64,000 bases of DNA from a virus, in the IMG/VR virus record IMGVR_UViG_3300005066_000001. One strand, given 5' to 3'. Position numbers and translations under genes: made by a program. Positions 37,141-46,522 of the stretch are shown piece after piece; within the stretch, counting starts at the first letter, position 1; every line of letters starts with the position of its first letter. The notes under the pieces were generated by a model. The model was not told the DNA's origin, made no database searches, and worked only from the letters and a program-made list of their open reading frames with translations.

Positions 37141-37460
37141 ATAGTAGTAAATCCACAAATTACGAACTACTTACAAAGGAGTTAGCCTACCTTGTAAATC
37201 ACAGGTCTTCTTTGATCTGGGCAATTAAGATATTAACCGGAGATTACGATAGTCCATACAAAGACCAACAACCTAGTGTTATTATTGGTGTAAAACAAAG
37301 TACTGGCCCAGTACATGAAGCAGTTCTGTGTCAACCTGACAGTGACATTACTGAAAGTTTTATTCCAATTTTGCATACACAATTAGATATTTATAACAAA
37401 CGCATTAATGAAATCGAAAGTCTAATTAAAAGTGTTGACAAACTACTTGAAAATAAATAA
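37137..37460 (+). CDS. hypothetical protein
   Basis: 107-aa ORF overlapping its neighbour (ATGA). Confidence 0.4.
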   Translation: MNSSKSTNYELLTKELAYLVNHRSSLIWAIKILTGDYDSPYKDQQPSVIIGVKQSTGPVHEAVLCQPDSDITESFIPILHTQLDIYNKRINEIESLIKSVDKLLENK

Positions 37461-37474
37461 GGAGAACAAATAAT

Positions 37475-37825
37475 ATGTACGAATCTCAATACAGCTCTAA
37501 CCCAACCCTGACTCTTAACCCATTCACCGATAGTATTGAAGCTATTGCTGTATTCAAAGCTAATAAAGAGTTTCTTGACAGCCTGAATAAAGCAATTGTA
37601 GATGCAGGCGGTAATCCAAAAGTTATTGTTCGTCCAGATGTGACACTAACAGAGTTAATGAATATTCTTGGTGTAAATGGTGTTCGTTTTACTTTTGACC
37701 CAACTTTGAATAAAGGTAGCAATAGTGATATTCCTGTAAGTAATGGTGCTACATCAGGTACACCAAATGAAGTAGTTATCCAGATTACTGGTGATACAGA
37801 TACTGTTGTAGAGCAAGGAGAGTAA
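37475..37825 (+). CDS. hypothetical protein
   Basis: 116 aa; RBS AAGGAGAACAAATAATATG. Confidence 0.4.
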   Translation: MYESQYSSNPTLTLNPFTDSIEAIAVFKANKEFLDSLNKAIVDAGGNPKVIVRPDVTLTELMNILGVNGVRFTFDPTLNKGSNSDIPVSNGATSGTPNEVVIQITGDTDTVVEQGE

Positions 37826-37997
37826 CTCATGTTGCAGTTAACGAAACTTGCAGGGAAGGTTAAACTGCATTTAGATGACAGATATTGTCTGGTATCTAGT
37901 ACCTTACACAATAAACTAGAGTTGTTTAAAGATGAACGGTTTATCCGAGACTTCACTAATTTGTATGCTGCGATTAAATACTATGAGGAAGTAACTA

Positions 37998-38507
37998 TTG
38001 ATTCTTGAAAGTATTTTAACTTATCATCTAATTGTTGGGGCCATCTTGCATGGCCCTCCACTTCAATGGAGGGAGAATATAGTTGCTAGTAACAACGAAT
38101 ATAGGTGCCTTTTAAGAGCGGTTTGGCACGAAAGCAGAGGAGAGGAGTTTAAAGGGAAACTTTGGACTGCGAAGACAATATTGAACAGAACAAGAAGTGA
38201 AAGATTTCCACAATCAATATGCAAGGTGGTTTATCAAAAGTATCAGTTCAGTTTCGCCCATAAAATACCCATGAACAAACAAAATGTTAGACCTAAGACT
38301 GAATTAGAGAAGCAAACTTTCCGACAAGTTGAGCTTGCTTCATTTATTTCTATCTGGTCAGACAGACTAGGAGTTGATTTTACTGATAATTCTAAATATT
38401 ACCACACAACAAAAGTTAAGCCTAGTTGGAATTATAATAAATTAGAAAAAGTACAAATTGTTGGAAATCATGTATTCTATAGAGACATAAGAAAGGAGAA
38501 CAAGTGA
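37998..38507 (+). CDS. cell-wall hydrolase, SleB/Hydrolase_2-like
   Basis: RAVWHESRGEEFKGKLWTAKTILNRTRSERFPQSICKVVYQKYQFSF fits the SleB-type hydrolase core (EARGE...NR...QFS). Confidence 0.5.
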   Translation: MILESILTYHLIVGAILHGPPLQWRENIVASNNEYRCLLRAVWHESRGEEFKGKLWTAKTILNRTRSERFPQSICKVVYQKYQFSFAHKIPMNKQNVRPKTELEKQTFRQVELASFISIWSDRLGVDFTDNSKYYHTTKVKPSWNYNKLEKVQIVGNHVFYRDIRKENK

Positions 38508-38689
38508 ACCTAGTTGATGCAGTTGTTACAAAAGTTCTAAGCGAACCATATCTACTATTTAATAAGTATTGGGTAGATGTTGAGTATAATTGTTACGGAC
38601 AGGTATCTGAAACCAATATTATGTGTTCAACCGAAGAAACTGCTAAAGCAATTAAAGTTGGGCATACATTTCAAGTTTAAGGAGAATAA

Positions 38690-39649
38690 ATGAATTTTAA
38701 ATATTACAACGAAATCATAGATAAAATTGTATCACTAAAGCAACAAGGTGTCGGTTCCCGTCAAATTGCAAAACAACTGAATATTGGCAAGTCAACAGTG
38801 AACCAGTATTATTCTGCTTGGCTTGAACAGAATAATATTATTAATGATGATGTTAAAGACGGACCAAAAGTATTGGTATTAGACATAGAGACAGCACCTA
38901 TCCTCGGGTATGTGTGGCGACTGTGGAAACAGAATGTAGGATTGAACCAAATAAACACAGATTGGTATTTAATGTCCTTTGCTGCAAAATGGCTGGGATC
39001 TTCCGAAGATGATATTATTTACATGGATTCCCGAAACAATAAGAGTCCAGAGGATGATTCAGAGATGCTTAAAAAGCTATGGGAGCTTCTTGACCAAGCA
39101 GATTGGGTTGTGCATCAAAATGGTCGCAAATTCGATATCCCCAAAATTCGAGCTCGTATGGTACTAAATAAGATGAAGCCATTCTCTCCTGTACGTCACA
39201 TTGATACATTAGAAATCGCAAAACGTTGTTTCGGATTTACAAGTAACAAACTTGAGTATATGACAGATAAACTATGTACAAAATATAAAAAACAAAAACA
39301 TAACAAGTTTGCTGGGTTTGAACTTTGGTCTGAGTGCATGAAAGGGAATGTTGAAGCTTGGGAGGAAATGGAAACATATAATAAGTTCGATATCTTAAGT
39401 CTTGAAGAACTTTACTTTGCCCTTGTTCCTTGGTATGATAAACTTCCAAACCCGAACTTGTACTCTGATTCGTTAAAAATTAAATGTATTTGTGGATCTG
39501 CAAGACTGAAAGAACATGGTTTTGCAACAACTGATGTATCAAAATTCCAACAATATATTTGTGAGGATTGTGGGAAACATTATCGTGGACGTAAAAATCT
39601 GTTGACAAAAGAGAAGAAAAGTACAATACTGACAAACGTAAGAGAGTAA
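38690..39649 (+). CDS. HTH domain fused to DEDD-type 3'-5' exonuclease (RNase H-like fold)
   Basis: N-terminal HTH (VGSRQIAKQLNIGKSTVNQYY); Exo I motif VLVLDIETAP; Exo II-like HQNGRKFDIP; C-terminal Cys cluster. Confidence 0.5.
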   Translation: MNFKYYNEIIDKIVSLKQQGVGSRQIAKQLNIGKSTVNQYYSAWLEQNNIINDDVKDGPKVLVLDIETAPILGYVWRLWKQNVGLNQINTDWYLMSFAAKWLGSSEDDIIYMDSRNNKSPEDDSEMLKKLWELLDQADWVVHQNGRKFDIPKIRARMVLNKMKPFSPVRHIDTLEIAKRCFGFTSNKLEYMTDKLCTKYKKQKHNKFAGFELWSECMKGNVEAWEEMETYNKFDILSLEELYFALVPWYDKLPNPNLYSDSLKIKCICGSARLKEHGFATTDVSKFQQYICEDCGKHYRGRKNLLTKEKKSTILTNVRE

Positions 39650-39652
39650 TAA

Positions 39653-40216
39653 ATGACAAAAATAAAGACTGTTTGTGGTTTTGGTATAAACGATGCAAAC
39701 TATGAAGTACAGACAATGTGTTATTCAGAAGGAAAAGTGGTTAGGGTACATACGTGCCCTTATTACTCTAGATGGTACGACATGATCCGGCGGTGTTATA
39801 ATAAAAGAGCATTAAGTAAAAGAAATAGTTATGAAAAAGTAACAGTATGTGAAGACTGGGCTGTGTTTTCAAAATTTAAAGATTGGATGAGTAAACAAGA
39901 TTGGGAAAATAAGGTATTGGATAAAGACTTACTTAGTGGTATCGAATACTCACCAACAACATGTCTGTTTATCCCCGAATCAGTAAACGTTTTTATTAAA
40001 GATAGAGTTAAAAACAAAGCAAATAAACGTGGAAGTTATTACCATAGTCGTGATAAAGTATATGAAAGCTATTGTTCAAACCCATTTACAAAAAGACTAG
40101 AATACCTTGGTAGGTTTAAAAATGAAGATGATGCTCATAATGCATGGAAAGTACGAAAACTAGAGTTATGTTTAGAGTTTCATGATCGAGGTATTATTTT
40201 AATAAGACTATCTTAG
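39653..40216 (+). CDS. AP2-domain homing-endonuclease-like protein lacking HNH motif (paralog 2 of 3)
   Basis: YSRWYDMIRRCYN...VCEDWAVFSKFKDW...LDKDLL...YLGRFKNEDDAHNAW; same architecture as 26820-27407. Confidence 0.5.
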   Translation: MTKIKTVCGFGINDANYEVQTMCYSEGKVVRVHTCPYYSRWYDMIRRCYNKRALSKRNSYEKVTVCEDWAVFSKFKDWMSKQDWENKVLDKDLLSGIEYSPTTCLFIPESVNVFIKDRVKNKANKRGSYYHSRDKVYESYCSNPFTKRLEYLGRFKNEDDAHNAWKVRKLELCLEFHDRGIILIRLS

Positions 40217-40450
40217 ATTTATTAGTAGATTATATTTATAAAGTAGTATAATTTTGGAGTAGATACAGCAGCAACTGAATATTCTGGTGTTCTTGGTTTT
40301 AGTTCTATACCTGCACAAGTAGTTATGTGGCATGAACCAGAGGATAATATTGGTAAGAGTTCAGTTAAAGAGTTTAAGACAATTCAACTTGCAATTGTAG
40401 AATAACTTAAGTATAATTATTTTAAGCCGCTTGATTATAATCGGTGGCTT

Positions 40451-41071
40451 TTGTTTTATAAAGGAGGAAATATGGAATATAAAGCAGGTGATATAGTGGT
40501 TGCTAGAAATATTCATAATGAAAATAAGGAATTTATTTTTGAGGTTGACAATATTGTTGTACAAGATGAGGTACAACTTCTTTATGGTAAAGATGTTTTC
40601 AGCGGAAAAAGTGTGTATGCTGTACATGGGCGGTATTGTAAGTTGTACAGTAGAAGTGTAAAAATTTCTGATGTAGAACGGCTATCAGAATTTACAAAAG
40701 AGGAACACCACAGAATGCCTCAAGGTTTGGATAGAGATTCACGCCACAAGTGGGCCAAGGAAACATTAAGTGCTGCTGAAAAACAGAATAAAGAACCGAT
40801 TGAATCAGATGGCAAATCATCCAGTTACTACGATCTACAACTTAGCCAGAAAACAATTGATTTTATTAAAGAAAATGGTTATGTCAAGACAGAAATGCTG
40901 ATTTATGATATTTTCGATAATGATTTTGATTTCTCTAATGCTTTTAAGTCTCTTGTTCGTGCATGGGGAACAGTGAATGGTGCAGGAAAGAAGGGTAATA
41001 GTCTTGACTACGAACTCAACAAAATTGATTACAGTGTAAATAAAATTCGTGAATACCGAGGTGAAGAATAA
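40451..41071 (+). CDS. hypothetical protein
   Basis: 206 aa; RBS AAAGGAGGAAATATG. Confidence 0.4.
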   Translation: MFYKGGNMEYKAGDIVVARNIHNENKEFIFEVDNIVVQDEVQLLYGKDVFSGKSVYAVHGRYCKLYSRSVKISDVERLSEFTKEEHHRMPQGLDRDSRHKWAKETLSAAEKQNKEPIESDGKSSSYYDLQLSQKTIDFIKENGYVKTEMLIYDIFDNDFDFSNAFKSLVRAWGTVNGAGKKGNSLDYELNKIDYSVNKIREYRGEE

Positions 41072-41763
41072 TGATAATGACAAGTTACCCTAAAAACATA
41101 ACTAAAATTAACTTAACCTATTGGTTTGAACACAACTTACCACTGTATAATAAAGATAATAGGGGTGGTGTTAGAAAACTAATACATGGTGTTGGTGTAA
41201 ATGATGCAAATTACTCTGTTGCGGTACGAATAAGGAAAGAGCATAATATGTGCCCTGTGTATTCTGAGTGGAAGAGTATGCTATCCAGAGCATATAGTCA
41301 CAACAGACATAAAGTGCAACCAACTTACGAAGATATTACTGTTTGTGATGAATGGTTGTCGTTTTCTAATTTTAGAGTGTGGTATATTGATAATTACAAA
41401 GAGGGTTATCAGCTAGATAAAGATCTATTGATTTTTGGTAATAAAAAGTATTCACCAGAAACATGTGTGTTTGTTCCACAATGGTTGAATTCATTCACAT
41501 TAGGAAGAGATAAATCTCGCGGTAAATATAAAATAGGTGTATATTGGAACAAGAGAGCTAATAAATTTCAAAGTGCATGTAGTAATCCAAAAACTAAAAA
41601 GAGAGATCACCTTGGTTACTTTAATGATGAAAACCAAGCACATCTTGCATGGATTATGAGAAAATTAGAACTAGCGTTAGAATTAAAACCAGAAATGGAT
41701 GAAATAGATAGCAGAATATACTACACTGTTATACGTATTATTAAAGAAAAAGGTGAAAATTAA
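41071..41763 (+). CDS. AP2-domain homing-endonuclease-like protein lacking HNH motif (paralog 3 of 3)
   Basis: YSEWKSMLSRAY...VCDEWLSFSNFRVW...LDKDLL...HLGYFNDENQAHLAW. Confidence 0.5.
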   Translation: MIMTSYPKNITKINLTYWFEHNLPLYNKDNRGGVRKLIHGVGVNDANYSVAVRIRKEHNMCPVYSEWKSMLSRAYSHNRHKVQPTYEDITVCDEWLSFSNFRVWYIDNYKEGYQLDKDLLIFGNKKYSPETCVFVPQWLNSFTLGRDKSRGKYKIGVYWNKRANKFQSACSNPKTKKRDHLGYFNDENQAHLAWIMRKLELALELKPEMDEIDSRIYYTVIRIIKEKGEN

Positions 41764-42338
41764 TGACCACAATCGGAATTGATTTTGATTTGACAGTTGT
41801 TGATTGTGTCTTTCAACAAGGAGGTTGGATAGACCACTTGAACGCAATGTCGTATCATTATATTTCAAAAGAACAATTTGCAGTAATGAAAGAAATTGAT
41901 TATAATCTTGGTAGATATTATCCAGACTTGACTGAATCAGAAAGCTTTAGTTTCTGGAAAGATACTTCACTGTATCAAAAACTGAAACCATATAGAAGTG
42001 CTGTTGAAGTTATCAATAATCTTGCAAAGCAAGGGCACAAAATTGTGTTTATTAGCCACTGCCAGCAGAACCACTTCAAGAGTAAGGTAGTTGCAGCAAA
42101 AGAGTGGTTTGATATTCCAAAAGATTCCTTTGGTTTTATTGCAACAAAAGAGAAACATTTTGTTAATGTTGATGTAATGATTGATGACCGTAATCTGTTC
42201 TTAAATTCTTTTGGTGATAAAGTTATTAAAATTAAATTCAACACACCATACACTCAATGTGAAGATCTGGAAGTTTCTATTGACTTTCACAGCAATAATT
42301 GGCAAAGTATTGGTAAATTCCTTGAAGAAGTCTTATGA
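41763..42338 (+). CDS. HAD-family 5'(3')-deoxyribonucleotidase
   Basis: N-terminal IGIDFDLTVVD (HAD motif I DxDxT/V) and C-terminal VMIDDR. Size and pattern match the NT5C-type nucleotidases seen in phages. Confidence 0.55.
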   Translation: MTTIGIDFDLTVVDCVFQQGGWIDHLNAMSYHYISKEQFAVMKEIDYNLGRYYPDLTESESFSFWKDTSLYQKLKPYRSAVEVINNLAKQGHKIVFISHCQQNHFKSKVVAAKEWFDIPKDSFGFIATKEKHFVNVDVMIDDRNLFLNSFGDKVIKIKFNTPYTQCEDLEVSIDFHSNNWQSIGKFLEEVL

Positions 42339-42592
42339 GCAAAGATGCAGAAATTTATAAACTAAAACCATGCATAAAATGTGGAAGTTATAATCTAGAA
42401 ACAGATTCTACAGGTTGTCTTGAAATAAGAGGTGTTTGTTATCAGAGTGGTTGGGTATTATGTAAAGATTGTGGTAACGAAATTTGCGTAGAGTTTGATG
42501 ATGGCGGTAGTAATTTGATAGAGTGGCAAGACATGCTTGATATATGGAATGCCGGGGTTGTTTATGAAGGAGATATTTCATGTGACAAATAA
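42335..42592 (+). CDS. hypothetical zinc-ribbon protein
   Basis: 85 aa with CIKCGS...CKDCGNEIC. Confidence 0.4.
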   Translation: MSKDAEIYKLKPCIKCGSYNLETDSTGCLEIRGVCYQSGWVLCKDCGNEICVEFDDGGSNLIEWQDMLDIWNAGVVYEGDISCDK

Positions 42593-42778
42593 TAAATACT
42601 ACGCACAACGAGGACAGTATCTGGTTGTTATTGATTCAACAGGGAATAGGCTGGTAGAGACAACAATTAAACATAACAAATGCAGAAAACAATTTGATAT
42701 TGAGTTAGTAACAATATATAATATCCCAATGTCAGACATAAACAACGTGCAGATATACCTTGATGGAGTAAGGATAAG

Positions 42779-43057
42779 ATGAAACAGTTTAAAACTATAA
42801 GTATTTATGAATTTGCTGAGAAACACAATCTAAAAACAAAACTCTCAGATTTAGGTTTGCCAGACAAAGGTGAGATTGGTGAAGTAATTAGTTTAATGAA
42901 AAGTTACAACAAGAGTGAAGCTGAAATTTGTGTTTGGTTTCAGGCTACCAATAGTTGGTTAGGTGGTGAAAAACCTATTAACTACGTTAAGTACGCCGAA
43001 GGCGACTATTTGGTATATGTTGCTGAACAACATGTTCTACCAATAATGCATGGTTAG
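42779..43057 (+). CDS. hypothetical protein
   Basis: 92-aa ORF. Confidence 0.4.
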   Translation: MKQFKTISIYEFAEKHNLKTKLSDLGLPDKGEIGEVISLMKSYNKSEAEICVWFQATNSWLGGEKPINYVKYAEGDYLVYVAEQHVLPIMHG

Positions 43058-43065
43058 GAGGTTAG

Positions 43066-43911
43066 GTGAGTCCAGAGAAACAATATCTAAAATTATGTGA
43101 ACAAATTATCGAATTTGGGGAATGGGTATGTAATGAACGTACTGGAAAACGTTGTTTGACTATTCCAAATACAACAATGTATTATTCTGAAGATATTCCA
43201 GTGTTGACAACAAAACAAGTTGCAGTCAACAGTGCAATTGCTGAGATTATTGGGTATCTCAGAGGTTATACAGATGCTTCAGAATTTGACCGTATTGGGA
43301 CAAAGACTTGGTATGCTAATGCGAATCAAACAAAAGCTTGGTTAGATAATCCTAGTCGTAAAGGTGAAAACGATATGGGGCGAGTCTATGGCGCGACAGC
43401 CAAAGACTTTAATGGGGTTAATTTAATCAAGAAAGTTGTTGATGATTTGATTTCAGGAAAAGATGATCGCGGGGAAATTATCACGTTCTGGAATCCTGCT
43501 GATTTCGATAAAGGTTGCCTTCGCCCTTGTTTGATGCAACATCATTTTACAATTATTAATGACAAACTGTATTTAACAAGTTATCAGCGAAGTTGTGATG
43601 TTCCACTAGGTTTATCATTTAACATGATTCAAGTCTGGTTCTTATTGAAACTTATGTGTCATATAACAGGTTTTAAATTTGGTCGTGCGACACATCATAT
43701 TGTGAATTCTCATATTTACGAAGATCAGTTAGAAATCTTGAAAGAACAGCAATTGACACGTAAACCATTGAAGATTAAACCAAAGTTTGAATTTACAGAC
43801 AATATTAAAACTTTCGAGGACATTTTGATTGACAATCATGTTGCCAAAGACTACTATACCCTTACTGGTTACGAGCACCAAGGAAAGATTGTATTCCCTT
43901 TTAGCGAGTAA
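43066..43911 (+). CDS. thyA: thymidylate synthase (ThyA family)
   Basis: GTG start. RTGKRCLTIPNTTMYY...PVLTTK, RPCLMQHHF (catalytic Cys), YQRSCDVPLGLSFNMIQ (dUMP-binding R, D and N) and NSHIY all align with ThyA signatures. A DHFR gene lies directly downstream. Confidence 0.7.
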   Translation: MSPEKQYLKLCEQIIEFGEWVCNERTGKRCLTIPNTTMYYSEDIPVLTTKQVAVNSAIAEIIGYLRGYTDASEFDRIGTKTWYANANQTKAWLDNPSRKGENDMGRVYGATAKDFNGVNLIKKVVDDLISGKDDRGEIITFWNPADFDKGCLRPCLMQHHFTIINDKLYLTSYQRSCDVPLGLSFNMIQVWFLLKLMCHITGFKFGRATHHIVNSHIYEDQLEILKEQQLTRKPLKIKPKFEFTDNIKTFEDILIDNHVAKDYYTLTGYEHQGKIVFPFSE

Positions 43912-43931
43912 TACTTAAATAAGGAGAGTGT

Positions 43932-44471
43932 ATGAGTCTTAAAATGATTGTAGCAACAGGTAGTAATTTTGAAATCGGTATTGATAATAAATTATTGTGG
44001 CACCTACCAGAAGATATGAAATACTTTAAAGAGAAAACACTGAAGTCTAGTTTTGTTATAATGGGTAGAAAGACATTTGAATCTTTGAACTCACCTTTTG
44101 GATTAAAAGATAGATATAACATGGTACTTACAAACCAAGAAATGTCTATTAAGGACAGATTTAAACGATTGGATACGAATACGTGTTTAGTTTATCCGTT
44201 GTGGGAAAATGCTGTACAAGATACATCAGTGTGTTGTAAAGAGTCTTGGCTTATTGGTGGGTCTCAAATTTATGAAGCGTTTATTGACTATGTAGATGAA
44301 ATTCATTGGACACAAATTGAAAAGAGTTATCCAGAAGCAAATAAATTCTTGACTGATAAGACAATTGATAAGATGGTCAAAGATTTTGATAAAGGTACAA
44401 GAATCAAACAATGTTATGATGAAAAATCAGATACACATTTTACAATTAATGTTTTGAAAAGAATTAAATAA
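43932..44471 (+). CDS. frd: dihydrofolate reductase
   Basis: MIVATGSNFEIGIDNKLLWHLPEDMKYFKEKT matches the DHFR N-terminal signature (IxAxxxNxxIGxxxxLPWxLPxDxxxFkxxT). Confidence 0.7.
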   Translation: MSLKMIVATGSNFEIGIDNKLLWHLPEDMKYFKEKTLKSSFVIMGRKTFESLNSPFGLKDRYNMVLTNQEMSIKDRFKRLDTNTCLVYPLWENAVQDTSVCCKESWLIGGSQIYEAFIDYVDEIHWTQIEKSYPEANKFLTDKTIDKMVKDFDKGTRIKQCYDEKSDTHFTINVLKRIK

Positions 44472-44482
44472 AGGAGAAGTTT

Positions 44483-44809
44483 ATGGGTGTTGATTACAAT
44501 GCAGTTGGCGGAATCGGTGTTGAATTTAATGATGATTTACAATACAAAGCAATTGAGCTGGAATATTTTACAGAAGAAGAGTGGGACGAAGACCCATATG
44601 CTTGTATGGAATATCTAGGTATTACTTACGAAAAAGCAGGAAATGGTTGTTATGGCGGTACAGACTATTGGTACTTTATTGTAGACGGAAGCAATCTAAA
44701 AGAAGTTAATAACAACAAAGAGTCGTTTTTGAATACGATTAATTCTAAATTTAATGTAGAATATACCGAAGAAGATTTGAAAGTTATTAGTGAACTCCAT
44801 GTTTGGTAG
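44483..44809 (+). CDS. hypothetical protein
   Basis: 108-aa acidic ORF. Confidence 0.4.
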   Translation: MGVDYNAVGGIGVEFNDDLQYKAIELEYFTEEEWDEDPYACMEYLGITYEKAGNGCYGGTDYWYFIVDGSNLKEVNNNKESFLNTINSKFNVEYTEEDLKVISELHVW

Positions 44810-44825
44810 TTAATTAAAATATAAC

Positions 44826-44853
44826 TTGACTTTCTAATTTAAATCATTATAAT
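44826..44853 (+). promoter_or_regulatory. sigma70-like promoter (TTGACT-16-TATAAT)
   Basis: ttgact / tttctaatttaaatcat / tataat, upstream of the 44927 gene. Confidence 0.4.
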
Positions 44854-44926
44854 CATACAAACAAAATAACAAAAGATAGTAATCATAAAAAGTTGTAGGT
44901 TGCTATCTTAACAAAGGAGAGTATTA

Positions 44927-45475
44927 ATGAATCAATCAATTTCAAACCTGTCCCCTGAAGATAAATATAAGTCTGTTACTATTGACTTTCTTCGATCACT
45001 CCCTGAACTTGATGTAGATAACAATAAAAATCACCTAATGGCTGCTCTACATGTAATTGGTTTTGATGTTTCAAAGAAATTTGACTGTGTAGAAGGTGTT
45101 CTAGTCCGTTATCGCCATAGTCCGATGCATGTTCGTGAAACAACTATTTTCCAAGGACAACTACGAAGTGATTATCCTTACAAAAGTATCTATAAGAATC
45201 ATGATGTACTTGATGTAAATGCTAAAGACCCTAAGACAGGCAAAGAATTTAATGTTGTCGTAGAAATGCTTCAAGCTGAAAGCAAGAAAGTAGTTACAGA
45301 TTTGCCGTTTGATGTACCCGACTATGAGGGCGTTAATGGTATTAGCGAGAAAAACTATAATCGCAGCCAAGAAGAGAAATCACGATATAAAATTATTAAT
45401 CCACAAGATCTAAGTTTGAGTGAGTTGATGAAGCAAGATAATTTGTTCGAATCACCTTTTGAAGAGGATAAATAG
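44927..45475 (+). CDS. hypothetical protein
   Basis: 182-aa ORF; RBS AAAGGAGAGTATTAATG. Confidence 0.4.
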   Translation: MNQSISNLSPEDKYKSVTIDFLRSLPELDVDNNKNHLMAALHVIGFDVSKKFDCVEGVLVRYRHSPMHVRETTIFQGQLRSDYPYKSIYKNHDVLDVNAKDPKTGKEFNVVVEMLQAESKKVVTDLPFDVPDYEGVNGISEKNYNRSQEEKSRYKIINPQDLSLSELMKQDNLFESPFEEDK

Positions 45476-46026
45476 TGGCATCACCAAACTCTAAGAGAAA
45501 TAAGAGCAAAGACTATTCAGATTTGTATTCAACACCAGAAGTTGCACTTGATAAATTATTTGAAATTGTGAATTTCAGTAAAGATAAAAAATATTTTGAA
45601 CCCTGTGCAGGTATTGGTATTGTTAGTGAGTATCTTCGTAATAGAGGTTTGTTTGTTGTAACTAATGAGTTGTTTGAACATGGTTATACAACAGAATACA
45701 ACGAAGATTTCTTGAATACAGATATTGAGTTTAATTACGATACTATTATTTCAAATCCTCCTTATAAGTTAGCAAACGAATTTGTCAACAAAGGTTTTGA
45801 ATGTGCAAAAGAACAATACTTACTTCTTCGACTTCAATTCCTTGAAAGCAAGAAACGATACGAACAACTATTCAGTAAAGGTCATTTGAAGAATGTTTAT
45901 GTGTTTGTTAGTCGCATCAGTTGCACAGAAGGTGTTGAACAAAAAGAAACAGCAAATAGTGTAACATACTGTTGGTGCCATTTTGATAGTGATTATGTAG
46001 GACAACCAACACTCCATTGGATTTAA
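45475..46026 (+). CDS. DNA N6-adenine (or N4-cytosine) methyltransferase, small
   Basis: Motif I EPCAGIGIVSEY and motif IV ISNPPYK (the NPPY catalytic motif). Confidence 0.55.
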   Translation: MASPNSKRNKSKDYSDLYSTPEVALDKLFEIVNFSKDKKYFEPCAGIGIVSEYLRNRGLFVVTNELFEHGYTTEYNEDFLNTDIEFNYDTIISNPPYKLANEFVNKGFECAKEQYLLLRLQFLESKKRYEQLFSKGHLKNVYVFVSRISCTEGVEQKETANSVTYCWCHFDSDYVGQPTLHWI

Positions 46027-46304
46027 ATACGAGGTATAAAATGAAATATAGAAAGAAACCAGTAGTTATTGAAGCTATTCAATGGGAAGGTACAGCAATC
46101 TCTTTTAATGCTATCATGGATACATTCAAAGATATCAAATGGACTCCCGGAGAAATGGGTTCCTACTCATTTAATATTGAAACACTGGAAGGAACACATA
46201 TTGTTTCAAAAGGTGATTTTATTATAAAAGGTGTAAAAGGTGAATACTATCCTTGTAAACCCGATATCTTTGAAATTACTTATGAAAAGGTGGAGGATCA
46301 ATGA
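46017..46304 (+). CDS. hypothetical protein
   Basis: 95-aa ORF. Confidence 0.4.
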   Translation: MDLNTRYKMKYRKKPVVIEAIQWEGTAISFNAIMDTFKDIKWTPGEMGSYSFNIETLEGTHIVSKGDFIIKGVKGEYYPCKPDIFEITYEKVEDQ

Positions 46305-46522
46305 GTAAGAAAGAAAAAGAAGAAGGTAAAATTCCAGCATGGCAATTAAAAGGGTTTGAGTGCAAGAAATCATACCAAGGTTGGCTCTACTTCAATGGAC
46401 TTGTCTCTGAAGAAGCAACATATGATAATATCTATCAGGATGCTTTCACAGGAAAAACAATCAACATTGAAGATTATTAATTCAGATTGAATATAAATAA
46501 TAAAAATATAATGGAGGAATAA

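Noticed and set aside
40361-40627. 88-aa minus-strand ORF in the 40217-40450 intergenic region
   Set aside because: Low-complexity Ile/Lys/Leu composition with no RBS, and it overlaps the start of the plus-strand gene at 40451. More likely an AT-rich promoter region containing a weak terminator hairpin (AAGCCGC...GGTGGCTTTTG at 40418-40447).
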